A stretch of 63,370 bases of DNA, filler included, from Polymyxa betae A26-41 (taxonomy: Eukaryota; Protista; Endomyxa: Phytomyxea), in assembly GCA_003693705.1 (NCBI GenBank). It is 6 parts of 6 records of this genome, joined end to end, with 100 filler letters (N's around TTAATTAATTAA, not from the genome) between each part and the next. Parts side by side here need not be neighbours in the genome. Positions count along the whole stretch, not along the records: positions 1 to 9,243 come from RBZT01000280.1; positions 9,344 to 12,450 come from RBZT01000749.1; 4 more parts are not named here. One strand, written 5' to 3'. Below the pieces are notes generated by a model that did not search any database, was not told where the DNA came from, and saw nothing but the letters and a program-made list of their open reading frames with translations. Of the stretch, positions 1-12,450 are shown one piece after another. The position numbers and the translations under genes are program-made. How positions within the stretch are numbered: position 1 is the stretch's first letter; every line of letters starts with the position of its first letter.

Positions 1-952
1 TGGCAGGGTTGTAGCTCTCTCCCGAATGTTCGCTTGTCTTTGCAGCGAAACTCCACGCAGCTATATATAGAGGCAAGTGGGACTCTTGATCTGTTAGACG
101 GGAGAGGGTTTTGCACTGGAATGTGTTTGAAGAAGTGTTTTATTTGTTACAATGCAAGCGGAAGACAATGCTTCCGGTTGAATTAGCGTGAGTCAACGCT
201 ATTGATATCTCGAGATTGATCTAACAGCGCTCATATGCTAACACGAATTGTTCATGTTAACACACTTTGACAATCTCACTATTCTCTTCATTATGCAGGG
301 CTCCGCTGATTTGTGCCAACCAGTTCCATCCCAATTGCCAAAAGGAATGAGAGCTGGGTAACAATTAGTGGTGTATTTAAGGGAGTTCGGTACATGGCCT
401 CGAGTCCCATAATGGCTTAGACAGGTGCCTATAATACTTCAATGAGGAATCCTTAGTCAGGAAGCGCCGCCTGTTGACCAAAATCAACGAACTAGAATAA
501 TCCAATCCAATCTTAAGTCAGGAACATAGAGGGATAGGCTTCATCTCCTGTGAAATCAAACCACTTTAAAAGCATTTCGCTTTGAGAGAGAAAGAGCTGT
601 GTTCGCGAACTATTGCGGGCGGCAGGCTCGGTCTCCCACTCTTTTGCAACCTGTCAAAATCGTACAAATATATTTACAACAATCTAAATGCTCACAGATT
701 CCCACACTCTCGTGTCATGATCTTCTTCATACATCATCCCTGTAATGTTGATATGGAGGATAGATTGTGACAACTTTAAAGGTATTGTTTATGTCACGGT
801 TACTGCATTGATCATGAATGATCTATCATCAGTTGCAGTTCAATATTCGAGAAATCGAAACTGGCCGAAAGACCATCAGAATCATTCTTACAAGTTTAAT
901 CGTCCGCAATCCGTGATCAATCATTGGATCGGTCCGATCAAATCACGGATCA

Positions 953-2409
953 ATGACCTCTCCGGCGATCTCCGGTCTGGTCTTCAGATCCATAATCCAT
1001 ATTCAATCCCATGACTCGAACACCATATCGAAACTGCTCACAGTGGCCGCTTCTTCCGGCGCCGTCGTACTGGCCCAGGCTGGCGAGAAACGATCCCGCA
1101 TTGGCGAGGTCCAGCTGGACCGATACGATTCTCTGTTCGAGGCGATGCCCAATGATGTCCTGAATTTGATCTCGAATCGGCTCTATTATAGATCGCCTGT
1201 CGTCATGTCCACGGCCTCTAAACCGATGCAGACGCTGTGCGCTCCCGTCCTGAGCTTCCATCAGTTCTGCGACATCGTCGAGACGGTCGTCCCGGACGCC
1301 GAACTCGAACGTCGAATCCGCGCCTTCGTCCAGCCCGGCGTCCTGATCCAGCCAATCACCCCCGAACAGTGCGTGGGCNNNNNNNNNNNNNNNNNNNNNN
1401 NNNNNNNNNNNNNNNNNNNNNNNNNNNNNNNNNNNNNNNNNNNNNNNNNNNNNNNNNNNNNNNNNNNNNNNNNNNNNNNNNNNNNNNNNNNNNNNNNNNN
1501 NNNNNNNNNNNNNNNNNNNNNNNNNNNNNNNNNNNNNNNNNNNNNNCGCCTCCGTGGAGGCCGCCGTTGAGTTTCAGAGCTCCCAGTCTGACTGGCCCAC
1601 GAAGCCTGTTTCCGCCGAGTTTCTGTCTCGATATTCGGCTCCGTGGAATCAGATCTGGGACTATCAGGAGACAATCGCGGACGCTGTTTTGATGCAGAAT
1701 AAGAGCGTGGTCGCTGATCGTGATCTCCTGCTGGCTTTGGCCCGATTCGGGATGCGATTCGATCTGGTGGCGTATTTATCGGTGGTGACGCCGCCGGAGA
1801 CGGAGTTGCCGCAGCTCTATCCGTTCTTACGCAAGAATAAGTTCGACATCTTGGTAGGGGAGCTCGCTTCGCTGCCGCTGCGATATCACGAGGCGCTGAT
1901 GAAGATTCCGGACTTTCTGTCTCGTATGAAGAGCAATCCGTATTATATCGCCTACTATCTCTATCAGATGCGAGATTATCTCGAATCCGACATTATCAAG
2001 AACATCCTGAAACTATTCACCATTGATAATCGAGCTCTGAACGCGGCTATTGTCGAAGACAGTTCATGTTTAAATATCGTCGAATATCTATTAGGTTTAA
2101 CATATTTCGATTTGTATAAGCCAGCTCCTGTAGTAGTTAGGCGGCAAGCTAGTCACACTGACCCTCTGGATTTGATAATCTCGAGATATGGCCGATCAGG
2201 AATTTCCAGTGAGTGTCCTGCGTTTTGTGGAACAAGATGTGGAGAAATTTGTTGATTATTGCTGTGTTGGTATGGAAAAGCGAAACATGATGGAGATTTA
2301 TGGATTGGTTGTGACGGTTCCTCAATTACGGAACCTATGTAAGGGAGTTCACTCATATCGTGGTCATAATCTTGGACAATGTTACATCCAGAAACATGCC
2401 AACAATTGA
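953..2409 (+). pseudogene. Putative secreted F-box-like/ankyrin-like protein, frame-disrupted and split by an N-gap
   Basis: Hydrophobic N-terminal stretch (KLLTVAASSGAVVLAQAG); the nearest ATG at 1011 is out of frame. It is followed by F-box-like LFEAMPNDVLNLISNRLYYRSPVVMSTASKPMQTL and later by ankyrin-like ALNAAIVEDSSCLNIVEYLL. The reading frame shifts near 2200. Confidence 0.45.
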
Positions 2410-2922
2410 AGGATTTCTTTGAGACATGAAGATCGTGTATCGGAATTCGTCACATGTGTGTATCTCAAATCAATAGTTTTGTTCATAATTCACTCTGCGA
2501 GCTCCCTTCCACCTGATATTACTAATTAGCCGATCCCTGATAAATCACATATAGAGAGTGATATATCGGATTCCGCTAATATACTGTCACTCTCTCATGA
2601 TGGGTCCGAAGTCGCGTCTCTCTAGTCGTCGTACTGCTCCGCGCGGTCGGCGCCAGCTCGACACAGCCGCGGCCGAGGCATCCAGCTGATGATCGCACGG
2701 CCTAAGAACTGCGTCGTCAGATGCCGCAACGGCCGCGAGCAATACTGGCCCAGCGCGTCCTCGTAACCGTCCGGCTCAGCATGCCTTCCCCTAACTTGGA
2801 CACGAGAATGATAGAGTTCTGATTTATGCAAAGGTGATGCAATGAAGAGGTTACAGCTACAAAATGATTGTTGTTGTTATTGGATGAAACATAAGATTCA
2901 GACATTGCAATGACGCTGGTTT

Positions 2923-5686
2923 TCAGGCCAGGCTGCCCATGGGGTCCCATGGAGGAAATGCAACAGGCTTCTGAGAGAGCACATTGGTAATTTGTGCAGG
3001 AAGGGAAGCTTTGTTAACCACGATCTGGTAAACTGGAGGAAAATAATCAGAGCCGCATTTACAAATAAACAAATGAGATTTCAAAACTCATTTCTGAAAC
3101 AAAATTTGATAGTTCACAATTGAAAAAAATACGGGTTGACCTTGAAATTAAACGTGCCGTTCTTGAAACGACAAAACGAAGAAATTTAATTAAAAAACCA
3201 ACCGTATTGATTAAACCAATCGTTGGTCATCGTTGCAAATCCTTTGTTGGCTTTGTCTCCCCAAGAGTTCTCGACGCGCCATCGAGTTACTTTGCCAACT
3301 CCACCTTGGAACGCATTGAATACCATTGCATGGGTCATCAGGCTCTAAGATTAATGAGTAATCAATCTCATAAAACTTTTTAGAAGGTTTTTACTTGGCC
3401 ATAGCGCAAACGCTGTTCACGGTTCTGTTCAAGCTTCGTTCCAAATACGAGCGGATAGTCGTAAATTTCTACATTGACATCAATGACAGAGTCGAGAAGG
3501 AACGAAACAGCAAAGACAACAGAAACCAAGAGTTAATAATTGGCATTCAATAAAACAAAAGGGGCTATAAGCAAACAGAAACCAAGAATAAATATTGGCA
3601 ATCTGTAAAACAAAAGGGGATAAAAGCCGACCTAAGTCCATAAGATGTAGATCGCGACTGAAGTGCTTGCCAACATCACAGCCAAACCAAACCTAATGCT
3701 GGTTAATAAATAATTCGGAAAATGTCGTTTGCAACCATACCGGTTCACCAGAGGCGATGGTTTTGGCCGCCTGTTCGTTCAAAACATCAATTGGAACGTT
3801 GACTATGAGAGCCAGTTAAAACACTCGTACAACAGATGGAGCGCTGTACCATATAAAACAGGGCGACCGCTGACGATGTTGCCGAGATACTCGACTGTGT
3901 AAAGCTTGTAATATTCGTTTCGTGGATCACTGGTTGAGATATTAGAGAGAGAAACAAGTTTCATACAGCATTCTCAGAAAGAGCCATCAAAGTAGAAAGA
4001 ATAAAGAAAAGAAACTCTCCCTTGTCAGCAGCAAATAGTGAGACTAAATTACGACGACGAACTTGTGATATCAATAATCAAGCTAAAAAGTAAAAAGCCA
4101 AACAAAATGTGCATTCCACACCTGATAAGAGATATCATGTCTCCGACATCGAAGTCAACAAAATTCTTCACGAAAGACAAAGGAGTGAGATCGAGGTGTT
4201 CCACGTACTTCTTCTCTTTGTTTCGGAAAGACCTTAGAGCACTTCAGACATTTAGCACATGTGCCTGAACGCGTATACCAGTTGAACTTAGTTGGCGGAG
4301 CACCAAAGAAGATTGACATGATCCGATAAATGACGCTCATTTGGCGCGACTTTAAGCTCTGATGACCTTTATAAAGATGTCAGCGGAACCAGGACAAAAT
4401 GGAAATTTCAAAGAGAAAGTCAAAGAAGCAGAACCAGAAACTCTCGAAGATAAAACCAAAGTCTAAAACCGAAACACACAAAACGCGAATTTTCAATGTG
4501 CAAATTGTGCTACCATCTTTGGCGTTACGTAATTCCATAGCGAACTCTCTTAGCTTGGTGATGATAAGAGTATTCATTAAGCGTGAATTGCAGCTATGCT
4601 TGGATTCCGGGAATATTGATTTCGGCACGAGACCTGAAAAGCTATGAGACATATGGAGTGCCAATGTGTGCCAAATTACCATATTTCTGTACTAAGTTAA
4701 TGAACATGTCATACTGGCCACCGTCGTTGATGGGAGTTGCCAACAAATGATGGACCAAGCGAGACTCGAGGGGCTCGTTGCGAGTATCAATGATACATTG
4801 AAGAAAGTAACTGACAAGCAAAAGTCAAGTTCGATTATACACGCTTAAAAAAGAAGAACAGCAAACAGCAACCAAATTGAATGCTTTACGATTGATGATA
4901 GCAAACATTCAAATAGAAAATGCGGCAATCCCATCAAAATTCGAAGTATAAAAAAAGGTCAAACGCCAAAAACAAAGCATGTAAAAGGAGTGGCAAAAAC
5001 TCTCCTACTTTGCTTTCTCGAGCTTGTCAAAGAAGAACAGATACGATTGAGATAGCTCAAAATTATCAGCAAGGCCCAGATTCTTGATTAAATGCACACG
5101 AATCACGTTGGTAGCAGCTGTTAGCATTAAAATTAACGTTAGGTGTAGTGGATATTTCTGAAGAATTACCAAACAACCAGCATCGGCCCTAAGCAGTTAT
5201 CAGCTCTGGAAAAGAAGTCAAACCACAACAAATCAAAGCCATAAAGTAATTAAGAATCTGTCTTTAAGAAAGACTAACCGTGCTTTTCTGATCGGCAACT
5301 TTCGCCTCATCATAGCTCATTCGATGGATAAATTCGGCTTCGGTACTGTCGACTACCGAGTTCCGATTCAGTAAGACCTAGAAACATAATTATCACAATA
5401 TCCCTGATTGCCCAAGCATATTAATTGCAAGCAAAAAAGCGTTCCTGTGCATCAAAGCATCACTCGTACCCAAAGTAAAATCAAAAACAAATAATACAAA
5501 ACAAAACCTGCGTACATCAGCAACATCGTTCTGGCAAACTGCATTAGTAGCCAGCAGGTTCTGTTTGTTTTTGAGATATTCGTCTCGCCATTGAGAAAGC
5601 TCAGCTTCGCGAATAGCTCCTGCGAAGGATATTAGCCTGCTGCAAGTTCTTGATCACGCCATTGTACCATTCTCAGGTTCTGGCAT
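2923..5686 (-). CDS. BLMH: Bleomycin hydrolase / cysteine aminopeptidase (peptidase C1B), multi-exon
   Basis: Missed by the ORF track because of short exons. Manual minus-strand splicing at GT-AG gives MPEPENGAIREAELSQW..., DQKST|GRCWLF|AATNVIR...FELSQSYLFFFDKLEKA (catalytic Cys), EQRLRYGQ|SLMTHAMVF (His), RWRVENSWGDKANKGFATMTNDWFNQY (Asn), and the diagnostic C-terminus PPWDPMGSLA* (stop 2923-2925). Middle exons were not all traced. Confidence 0.93.
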
Positions 5687-6709
5687 GAGGTTGGGTCTGA
5701 CTGATATCTGAAACGATCACGGGCCAAATGATTCGCTCACGACGAGTTCGACGATAGTGGCGACAAAACAAAAGGGAGGACCATCCAGAAGGCTGCGTCT
5801 GCAAGTTGTAAGGAGGCCGCAATCAAATACTATGTTACAAGGCAGGAAAGACAACGACACATTTTTATAGTGTGCGACCGTCTAGCAATGCGTCTTTCAC
5901 ATAGTCTAAATAAATTTCTCTAGACCAGTAATACTATAATAGTTGCTGTAAGAGTGCTGTTGGTAGCGATTTTATTGTTTCACAAACGCAAAGCGGGATA
6001 ACAGACCCTTAAGGATGGTGACAAAAAATCGAACCAGAGATTGACTACATAGAACAATGTTCCTGAGATATCAGTGTTTAAGAATTAATGGGTCTTCGAA
6101 CAAAAAGCTCAGTAAAACTCGTAAAATTGTCTGTTCTATATCCTGTTTGAAGCTATAATAGCAACTATACGATTTTTAAAGCGGAACCCATTTACAGGTG
6201 AAGTGAATTCTGTTGGCAATGTGACAAGTAGACGCATTGCTTGACGCTCGCTCACTTTTTAAGTTCTAGTCTTTCTCGTCTAGTCTTTTCTGTAAGCCCA
6301 TTTGATTCTTCATAGGGCATATGATAGTAAATTAGTAATCATAGTACTGGGTGGGAGGTTCGCAGCGGCGCAGCCCGTTGGCAGCAGGGCTGCGTCATCT
6401 TGGGACAGCCTGCCTTGTCGCTGTCCGTCATTTTTACGTGGGCGTCGATGCTACCTATCTCGCTCATCATTGATCGTCCTCTTCATCGTTACTGGAGACC
6501 TAATAACGCCAAGGATTTCCGTATTCGCACACCGGATGGTCTCATGCAGATTCGCTTGTCGGATCCCATCATTGATGCCGACTGGTTCCAGCCTTCCAGG
6601 CGCTCCTCATCCGGTTCTACCGGCATATGGAAGAGAGGCATCCATTGACCGCATCTATAACGTCAACCCTGCGCCCTATCGATTTATACAAAAAAAAAAA
6701 TTCCGCGCG

Positions 6710-6981
6710 TGGGTTTATAAGACGAAACTGAAGGACGATGGTGATGTTGAAAGGTACAAAGCGCGACTCGTTGCACAAGGCTTTAGCCAGAGATTTGGTT
6801 TCGAGTACGACGACACTCTCTCTCGCGAAATGACAACTTCTCGGATCCTCATCGGCTTGATGGCTCAACTTTGGCGTGTGCACAATTGGACGTGGGTACT
6901 GTGAGGACTGGGACAGGGCGAGGAAGAATCGGAAGCTGAACGGAAGTAGCGAATCATGACAGATACGGCATATCTAAATTC
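6710..6981 (+). mobile_element. Ty1/Copia reverse transcriptase fragment interrupted by a 62-bp deleted solo LTR
   Basis: WVYKTKLKDDGDVERYKARLVAQGFSQRFGFEYDDT; QLDV-(D)TAYLNS is restored when 6900-6961 is removed. Confidence 0.85.
6900..6961. mobile_element. Internally deleted solo LTR (TG...CA) with a near-perfect 5-bp target site duplication
   Basis: TGTGAGG...CATGACA flanked by GGTAC/GATAC. It shares GCGAGGAAGAAT and CGGAAGCTGAACGGAAGTAGYGAATCATGACA with 13886-14087. Confidence 0.7.
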
Positions 6982-8284
6982 GCTTGTCGGATCCCATCAT
7001 TAATGCGGCTGGTTCCAGCCTCCAGGCGCTCCTCATCCGATTCTACCGGCAGATGGAAGAGATGCACCCATTGACCGCATTTATAACATCGGCTCTGCGC
7101 CGTACCGATTTATCCAAGAAATTTTCTCCGCGCGAATGTCATCGTCGCTTCGGACGGATTTCCGTGACTGGAATTGAGTTCCAAGCACACCATGTTCCCT
7201 ACGTTATTGAGGAAGTCCCAGGCACTGGCAATACTCTGGTCTGGAGGAGATCCTCAAGCGGCAGATTTCAAAAAGGTACGACGGCGCCACTGGAACGTCA
7301 GGAAGATCCGGTTACTGAAGGATTTGCCCTTGTCCGTGATTGATGGCCAGGTCATGGATTACTAATTTCCGTGGCGGACCGAGAGCTCAGGCACGTTTCT
7401 GACACAGATTTCGGCACCAGAGTAGCAACAATTCCCGAACTACAGAATCTGAACTGGCGCTATGAATGCACAGTCCTGTTTATGACTCCGGAAGAGTACC
7501 AGATGATGAAGGCGGGGCTGATCCTCCCAAACCTCCCAAGATGGACGACCCTGACTGTAACGCAATTGTAGTCGCATTGCGTCAGATGGAATTGATCGCA
7601 GACTGCGACGAAGATGCCAACGATGCTTTTCATTGCGTTCGGCTGCTTGAGCGCAAGCCTAATTTGCATTTTGGGCAGATCCGCTCGTATTTTACACAAA
7701 ATCGGTCGTATCATCTGTTGATTTTCCTCATCGACATTGCTGTTGCTGTTGCTCCTGATCAAGAAATTTCCGATCAAATGGCTGCTCTGGGGCCGCGTCT
7801 TAAGGCCTCTGGATTACCGGCCAGTTCTCACAAAATCCACTAATGGGTCCATGACTGTTATCCATCAGTCCATTCCAATTCATAAAGTTATTCCAATTCA
7901 TAAATTGAGCTGTAATTGTCAGTGATACAATCCGACGTTCCATGTGTTTTGTCCATTCTAGAAGAATATGGATCTCTATTTTCAAAACTAATCGTCATGT
8001 GTGGCATGAAGCAGTTACTTTTGCGACTGCATTCTAACAACGTCGCTCGTGAATGTCAGATTGTGGTCGCCAAGAGCAAGCGTATGGTGAGTAATATTCA
8101 AATGCTCCCAATTCCATTTTATGATTGGGGGAGGTTTTCGCATTTTGTACAGAATTTGGTATATCATTGACCCAGTAAACAGTATAGCGTTAGAACTGTA
8201 CTGATTGAAATACAGAAAAAATAACTACTTCAGTCTAGGGAGAGCGCTTCAAGCTCCATGGAAGCTATAGGTCAGGGAGTAGAT

Positions 8285-8551
8285 TTAATATAGGGTCGGA
8301 CTTTGACTTGGAATCTGGGTGATGTTTGGCTTTTTTTCCATGAAAGGAGTGTTATAAGGGTTAGGGTTTTGCAGAATGCGATCAACAACACCCAACAATT
8401 TCGTTAAGGCTTCATCACAAACGATTACCCTGCCATCGGCTGCTGCCAGAAGCGATTTCTCTTTGACATACTGGATCATACGAAGTGTGACTTCAGTCCT
8501 GATATTCACATCATTGAGCAGCTGTATCAGATTATCTAGATTCAACGGCAA
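8285..8551 (-). CDS. SWIB/MDM2-domain exon (short gene or pseudogene)
   Basis: IRTEVTLRMIQYVKEKSLLAAADGRVIVCDEALTKLLGV matches the SWIB pattern (R.ev...lw.YiK...L....d.r.I.cDe.L..l.g). Gene boundaries are unresolved. Confidence 0.65.
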   Translation of the reverse strand: MPLNLDNLIQLLNDVNIRTEVTLRMIQYVKEKSLLAAADGRVIVCDEALTKLLGVVDRILQNPNPYNTPFMEKKPNITQIPSQSPTLY

Positions 8552-9342
8552 CTAGCAAAGAAATCAAGATTGAAACTCTACCGCTTTTGTTTCTGAGTTC
8601 AACCCATCTTGCTCGTTAACGGTATCACGGAAAGATATAACTTTAAATTTTGCGTGATGCCACATTTTTCGGGTCGAGCTCGCAGAAAATAATATCTTAA
8701 TTTAATGACAATTAAGAGTAACGACAGTATTAAAAAACCAATATTACCCTCCAGTTATAGGATTGTAGAAATATGAAAATGGATGAAGAATGTATTTTAT
8801 TGAATCTGGAATATAAGTGGTTGTAGGAAATCCAGCATTAAACGACAGATCGACCACATAGTTTATGAAAAAGACATGCTGTGAGATCTGCCAAGATTAT
8901 GACCCGATAAGATATGACAATTTTTCATATTTGGATTGGATTGGATTGCACTATTTGTTCGCACCTTTCGGCAGAGTGGGCGGCACAATAACCCTAGTGC
9001 GGGGCCTGAACCGAGGTCCAGGTTCTCCTACTTAATATTTTCGGAGATAATTCAGCCCATTTTTTCATATTTGACGAAGTTCTGGAATCCACGTAATAAA
9101 CCCATAAAGGGTTCCATTGCCCTGCTCTATATCATCACAGCAATAGTCCACGAATTTCTGCATATTGTTTCGCACCAAGTTCATAAATATTTCACAATCA
9201 GCAACGAAATGTCGGCCGAGTTTCTCCAAGATGAGTCCCAGAGNNNNNNNNNNNNNNNNNNNNNNNNNNNNNNNNNNNNNNNNNNNNTTAATTAATTAAN
9301 NNNNNNNNNNNNNNNNNNNNNNNNNNNNNNNNNNNNNNNNNN

Positions 9343-9690
9343 NTGGGGAGCATGCAAGGCGTACACCCGTAAGCATTGCGATTACTCGTGGAAGACACTG
9401 CAGACAATGGTGCCATTGGCTTTAAGTACAGTGTCCATATCCAGCATCCGCCGGTTTGCTCGCAAATCAGAGCGCTACATTGACGCCTATCGTTTGAAAG
9501 AGGGAGATGTTCGACTGACACCGGCGCAGGTTGAATATGCCGTAAAGAAGTACCGCTCACACCGCAGAATCCCTGAAAAAATACTGGATGAACTATAATA
9601 CGGAGTGATTGATAGCGGCGCGGCCTCTGGCGCAGCCTCTTTTTCAAAATAAAATTGAGACAAGTTGTCGGTTTAAGACTGCCCGCACTG
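9343..9690 (+). mobile_element. 3' end of a long-spacer IS630-Tc1-mariner element (relative of 16847-19107)
   Basis: IRRFARKSERYIDAY...YAVKKYRSHRRIP matches the C-terminus of ORF 18287-19006. The terminus ...GCCCGCACTG|TA resembles ...CTCGCACTG|TA at 19107. Confidence 0.85.
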
Positions 9691-9692
9691 TA

Positions 9693-9870
9693 GCTTGAAC
9701 AACAATAGTGACCCAATTCCGCCACGTTTTTTCTGTTGTCTCAGAGACACAAGTCGCAGCAGTTTCTGCTGGATATACCTTAAGGAAAAATAGCCCCCAT
9801 AGTAGATTCTCCCTATGAAACTGTGATGGGGCATTGAGCTGTAGAAGCTCCCAGAGCGAAATCATGTTAG
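9693..9870 (-). mobile_element. PIF/Harbinger-like (DDE_Tnp_4-associated HTH) transposase N-terminal fragment
   Basis: NLLWGLFFLKVYPAE...EKTWRNWV motif; truncated by the TA-targeting element at 9690. Confidence 0.45.
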
Positions 9871-9960
9871 AACACGTCCAGAATCAGTATGGCGGTTTTC
9901 AGGAATTCTGTCACTCCTATATGGCTATAATAAACTTTCCCGGTTAAGAAATGTCCGTTT

Positions 9961-10522
9961 GAACGCAAAATACCCCAAATCCGCAGTTTGAAAAATTACA
10001 GTGGCGCACTTTCGAGTGGGCGCACGATTCTCGATTATAGATTTCGATTAAAGCTTGAGACTTGGCAGAGCACACCAAGGAAGTTTTACACAATGGATAG
10101 TGAATGTTGCAGATTGAGAACTTTCGCCTTAACAGAGCCGTCTCTCTGCCTAACCCGGAATTAACATACGCCCGGAAGTTTACGTTCTTGAACAGATAAA
10201 CTGATTACGGAACGACAAAGAGTTATAAATTTTGGTCTCTTCACTTTTGTGGACGATATAATCGCAGTTCATCCTAACGCATATCAATCGTAACTTCTGT
10301 CCGAAAGTTGTAATACTCTCGAAGGGCGACTGCAGCTCTTGGAAAGGCTCACAGCTCGTGACAACTTCAAATGAAGCCATTACGTCTCTAAAGACAAAGA
10401 TACGCTAAAATAATCGAAAATCGTGCGCCCAGTCGAAAGTGCGCCACTGTATTATTTAAAACTGCGGTTTTGGGGTATTTCGTGAACAAAGATTCAGATT
10501 TGGGGTATTTTGTGAATTACGC
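9961..10522 (-). mobile_element. Non-autonomous Mutator-like element with about 80-bp terminal inverted repeats
   Basis: 9961-10040 (AAAATACCCCAAATCCGCAGTTT...TACAGTGGCGCACTTTCGAGTGGGCGCACGATT) is inverted at about 10410-10490. An internal remnant ORF lies at 10180-10380. Confidence 0.65.
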
Positions 10523-10705
10523 GAACATGGAAACCCCTTGTTAAAAAAAAGTAAATTGACTGAGTTTTTGTAAATTCGTTTATTTTGCTGGATTAAAAGC
10601 TTTGAGAATGCCGAAATAAAGCAAATCGAGCAAATTCGGCCACATCCAAGGGTGCCATTTTGCCCCCCTCTCCGTAGCGCTCCTGGGTTTCCCTAGTGTG
10701 TAATT

Positions 10706-11736
10706 TTGAAGGCAATTTTTGGGATTTTTGCACAACTTTCTTCATGTTTGGGCAAGATTATCGATGGCGATGCCTCGTTCTGTATTATGTATATTCGTGT
10801 TCAATGGAAAATGTGTGATGTGTCCTTGATTATGGGGGTTTCTAAAAGGTCTTTACAAAGATGGATGGAGTTATTCAAGAAGACTGGGACTGTTGTCAAC
10901 ACTTCTCCGCGTCAACGATAAGCTCGTTGGCCTGTAGATGTTTACTCATTTGTGAAAGATTTTGCTGAAAGCAGTCCTTGTTTTACACTGAGGAGCTGCA
11001 AGAACAACTCATGGACTTTCCAGACCGTCAAAGTATATCGATTTCGACAATTTGTCCTGCCATACGTCACGATTTGAAACTTTCTAGGAAAGTCCTGGAA
11101 AAGCGAGCCAGAGAGGGTGTTCCATTTCACTTGACATTTTATGAACTTTCTGCCTTATAATCTTTTCCAGAGCAAATGATTGTTATTGACGAATCGAACA
11201 AAGACGGCAGGGATGTTCTGAGAAGGCACGGATGGTCGAGAATCAATACTCCGGCGATTGCATATCAGCCTTTCTCACGAGGTGGACGTGTGTTGGTTTT
11301 AGCAGCATTCGATACGATTGGATTTTGTGCATGGGAATGTACGGAAGGCACTTTCACACGACAGGAGTTCCACAACGCTTTTGTAAAGAACATCGCGCAT
11401 TTGTTACAGCCTTGGCCGATGCCGCGGAGCATTGTGGTGTTGGATAATGCCAGAATCCTTATGTGCGCTGAGCTGGAGGAGGTTATCCATGGCTGCTGCG
11501 CTCGAATTGTTTATCCTCCGCCCAATTTTCCTCAGTTGAATTTAATTGAGAAAGGATTCGGTTTGTTGAAGAAATTGCTACAAAAAGAGGCAACACTCGC
11601 GTTCCGCGAATGCCCACAGTTGGTTTTGGATGTGGCAATGCGTGAATGCTTCAATGCTAGGCAATCAGGACATTCTTTTCATTCGTTTTGTGGCTACGGA
11701 AGTGATTCATTGATTCCAGAAATTTTTGGAGTTTGA
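10706..11736 (+). mobile_element. IS630-Tc1 (DD34E) transposase pseudogene
   Basis: HTH (GVSKRSLQRWMELFKKTG), then IDES...VVLDNA-...-PQLNLIE with 34 residues between D and E; in-frame stops and frameshifts. Confidence 0.88.
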
Positions 11737-12265
11737 ATGCAAAAAATGTGGCTTATTTTAGTCAATTATTATGATAATATATGATCCACATCTTCCATAT
11801 CTTGCGCAACTGCAGCAGGAAAAGTCGGCGGCTGTTCATTAAAAGAATATCTCGGTCAAAAAGAAGATATAATGTGTGGACTACCGTGTTTGAACTTGGG
11901 GTTCTACTTGGTAACGTAACCGCGTCGGGGAAACGTCAAGATAGCCCTACTGCCATGAGAGCATGCGTTAGATGGGCCTAACATCATGTCTAATTGTTTA
12001 TTAGGGTCGCATGCCCCATTAGTACGGTGCGATCGATAGCACGTGATCGTACGGAGTCTGTCAACTCCAACACTCCCGCACAGACGAACGGGCGATCTGT
12101 AGCGGTTTCGTCTCGAGAACGCGACACGTTTCAATAAAGCGTGGAATTGGACTGTGTTTTATTGGGATTCAATATCAGGCCTCAAACCTCGTTCAGGCCC
12201 GTCAAGAGTAGTTCCGGACTATCCGGACTCCGAGAGCGACTCACGCAGTCTCTGCCGCCACTGGG

Positions 12266-12450
12266 ACACCAGTGGCGAGAGTCGGCTCTGCCAGTGGCAA
12301 TTCGGACTCCTTGGATACTTCCATAGGATCAGTCCGCAGGATCAATCCGCATCGTGGATTGACCCAGTTTCGTAATTGTCTCAGATTTGAGACAGCTATA
12401 CAACACAGTCCATACTGGAAGTAATTTTGGTCTTATCGTTTATATAATCA
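12266..12450. repeat. Dispersed repeat; inverted copy at 19226-19412 (possibly LTR-derived)
   Basis: About 185 bp are reverse-complementary with scattered mismatches (for example GGATTGACCCAGTTTCG and TTGTCTCAGATTTGAGACAGCTATA). Confidence 0.8.

Larger units (their letters stand above)
6448..7843 (+). pseudogene. Degraded putative secreted protein gene with an internal duplication and a Copia insert
   Basis: ATG at about 6448 is followed by a hydrophobic stretch (LIVLFIVTG, in a shifted frame) and a chain of overlapping + strand ORFs to 7843. Segment 6550-6709 is repeated at 6978-7134. Confidence 0.35.

Noticed and set aside
1-450. Possible terminal exons of an upstream gene
   Set aside because: Too short and truncated to identify.
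9288-9299. TTAATTAATTAA inside N runs (also at about 12495, 15493, 32558 and 60596)
   Set aside because: The identical six-frame stop linker with symmetric N padding is a scaffolding artefact. Order across these gaps is not evidence of biological adjacency.
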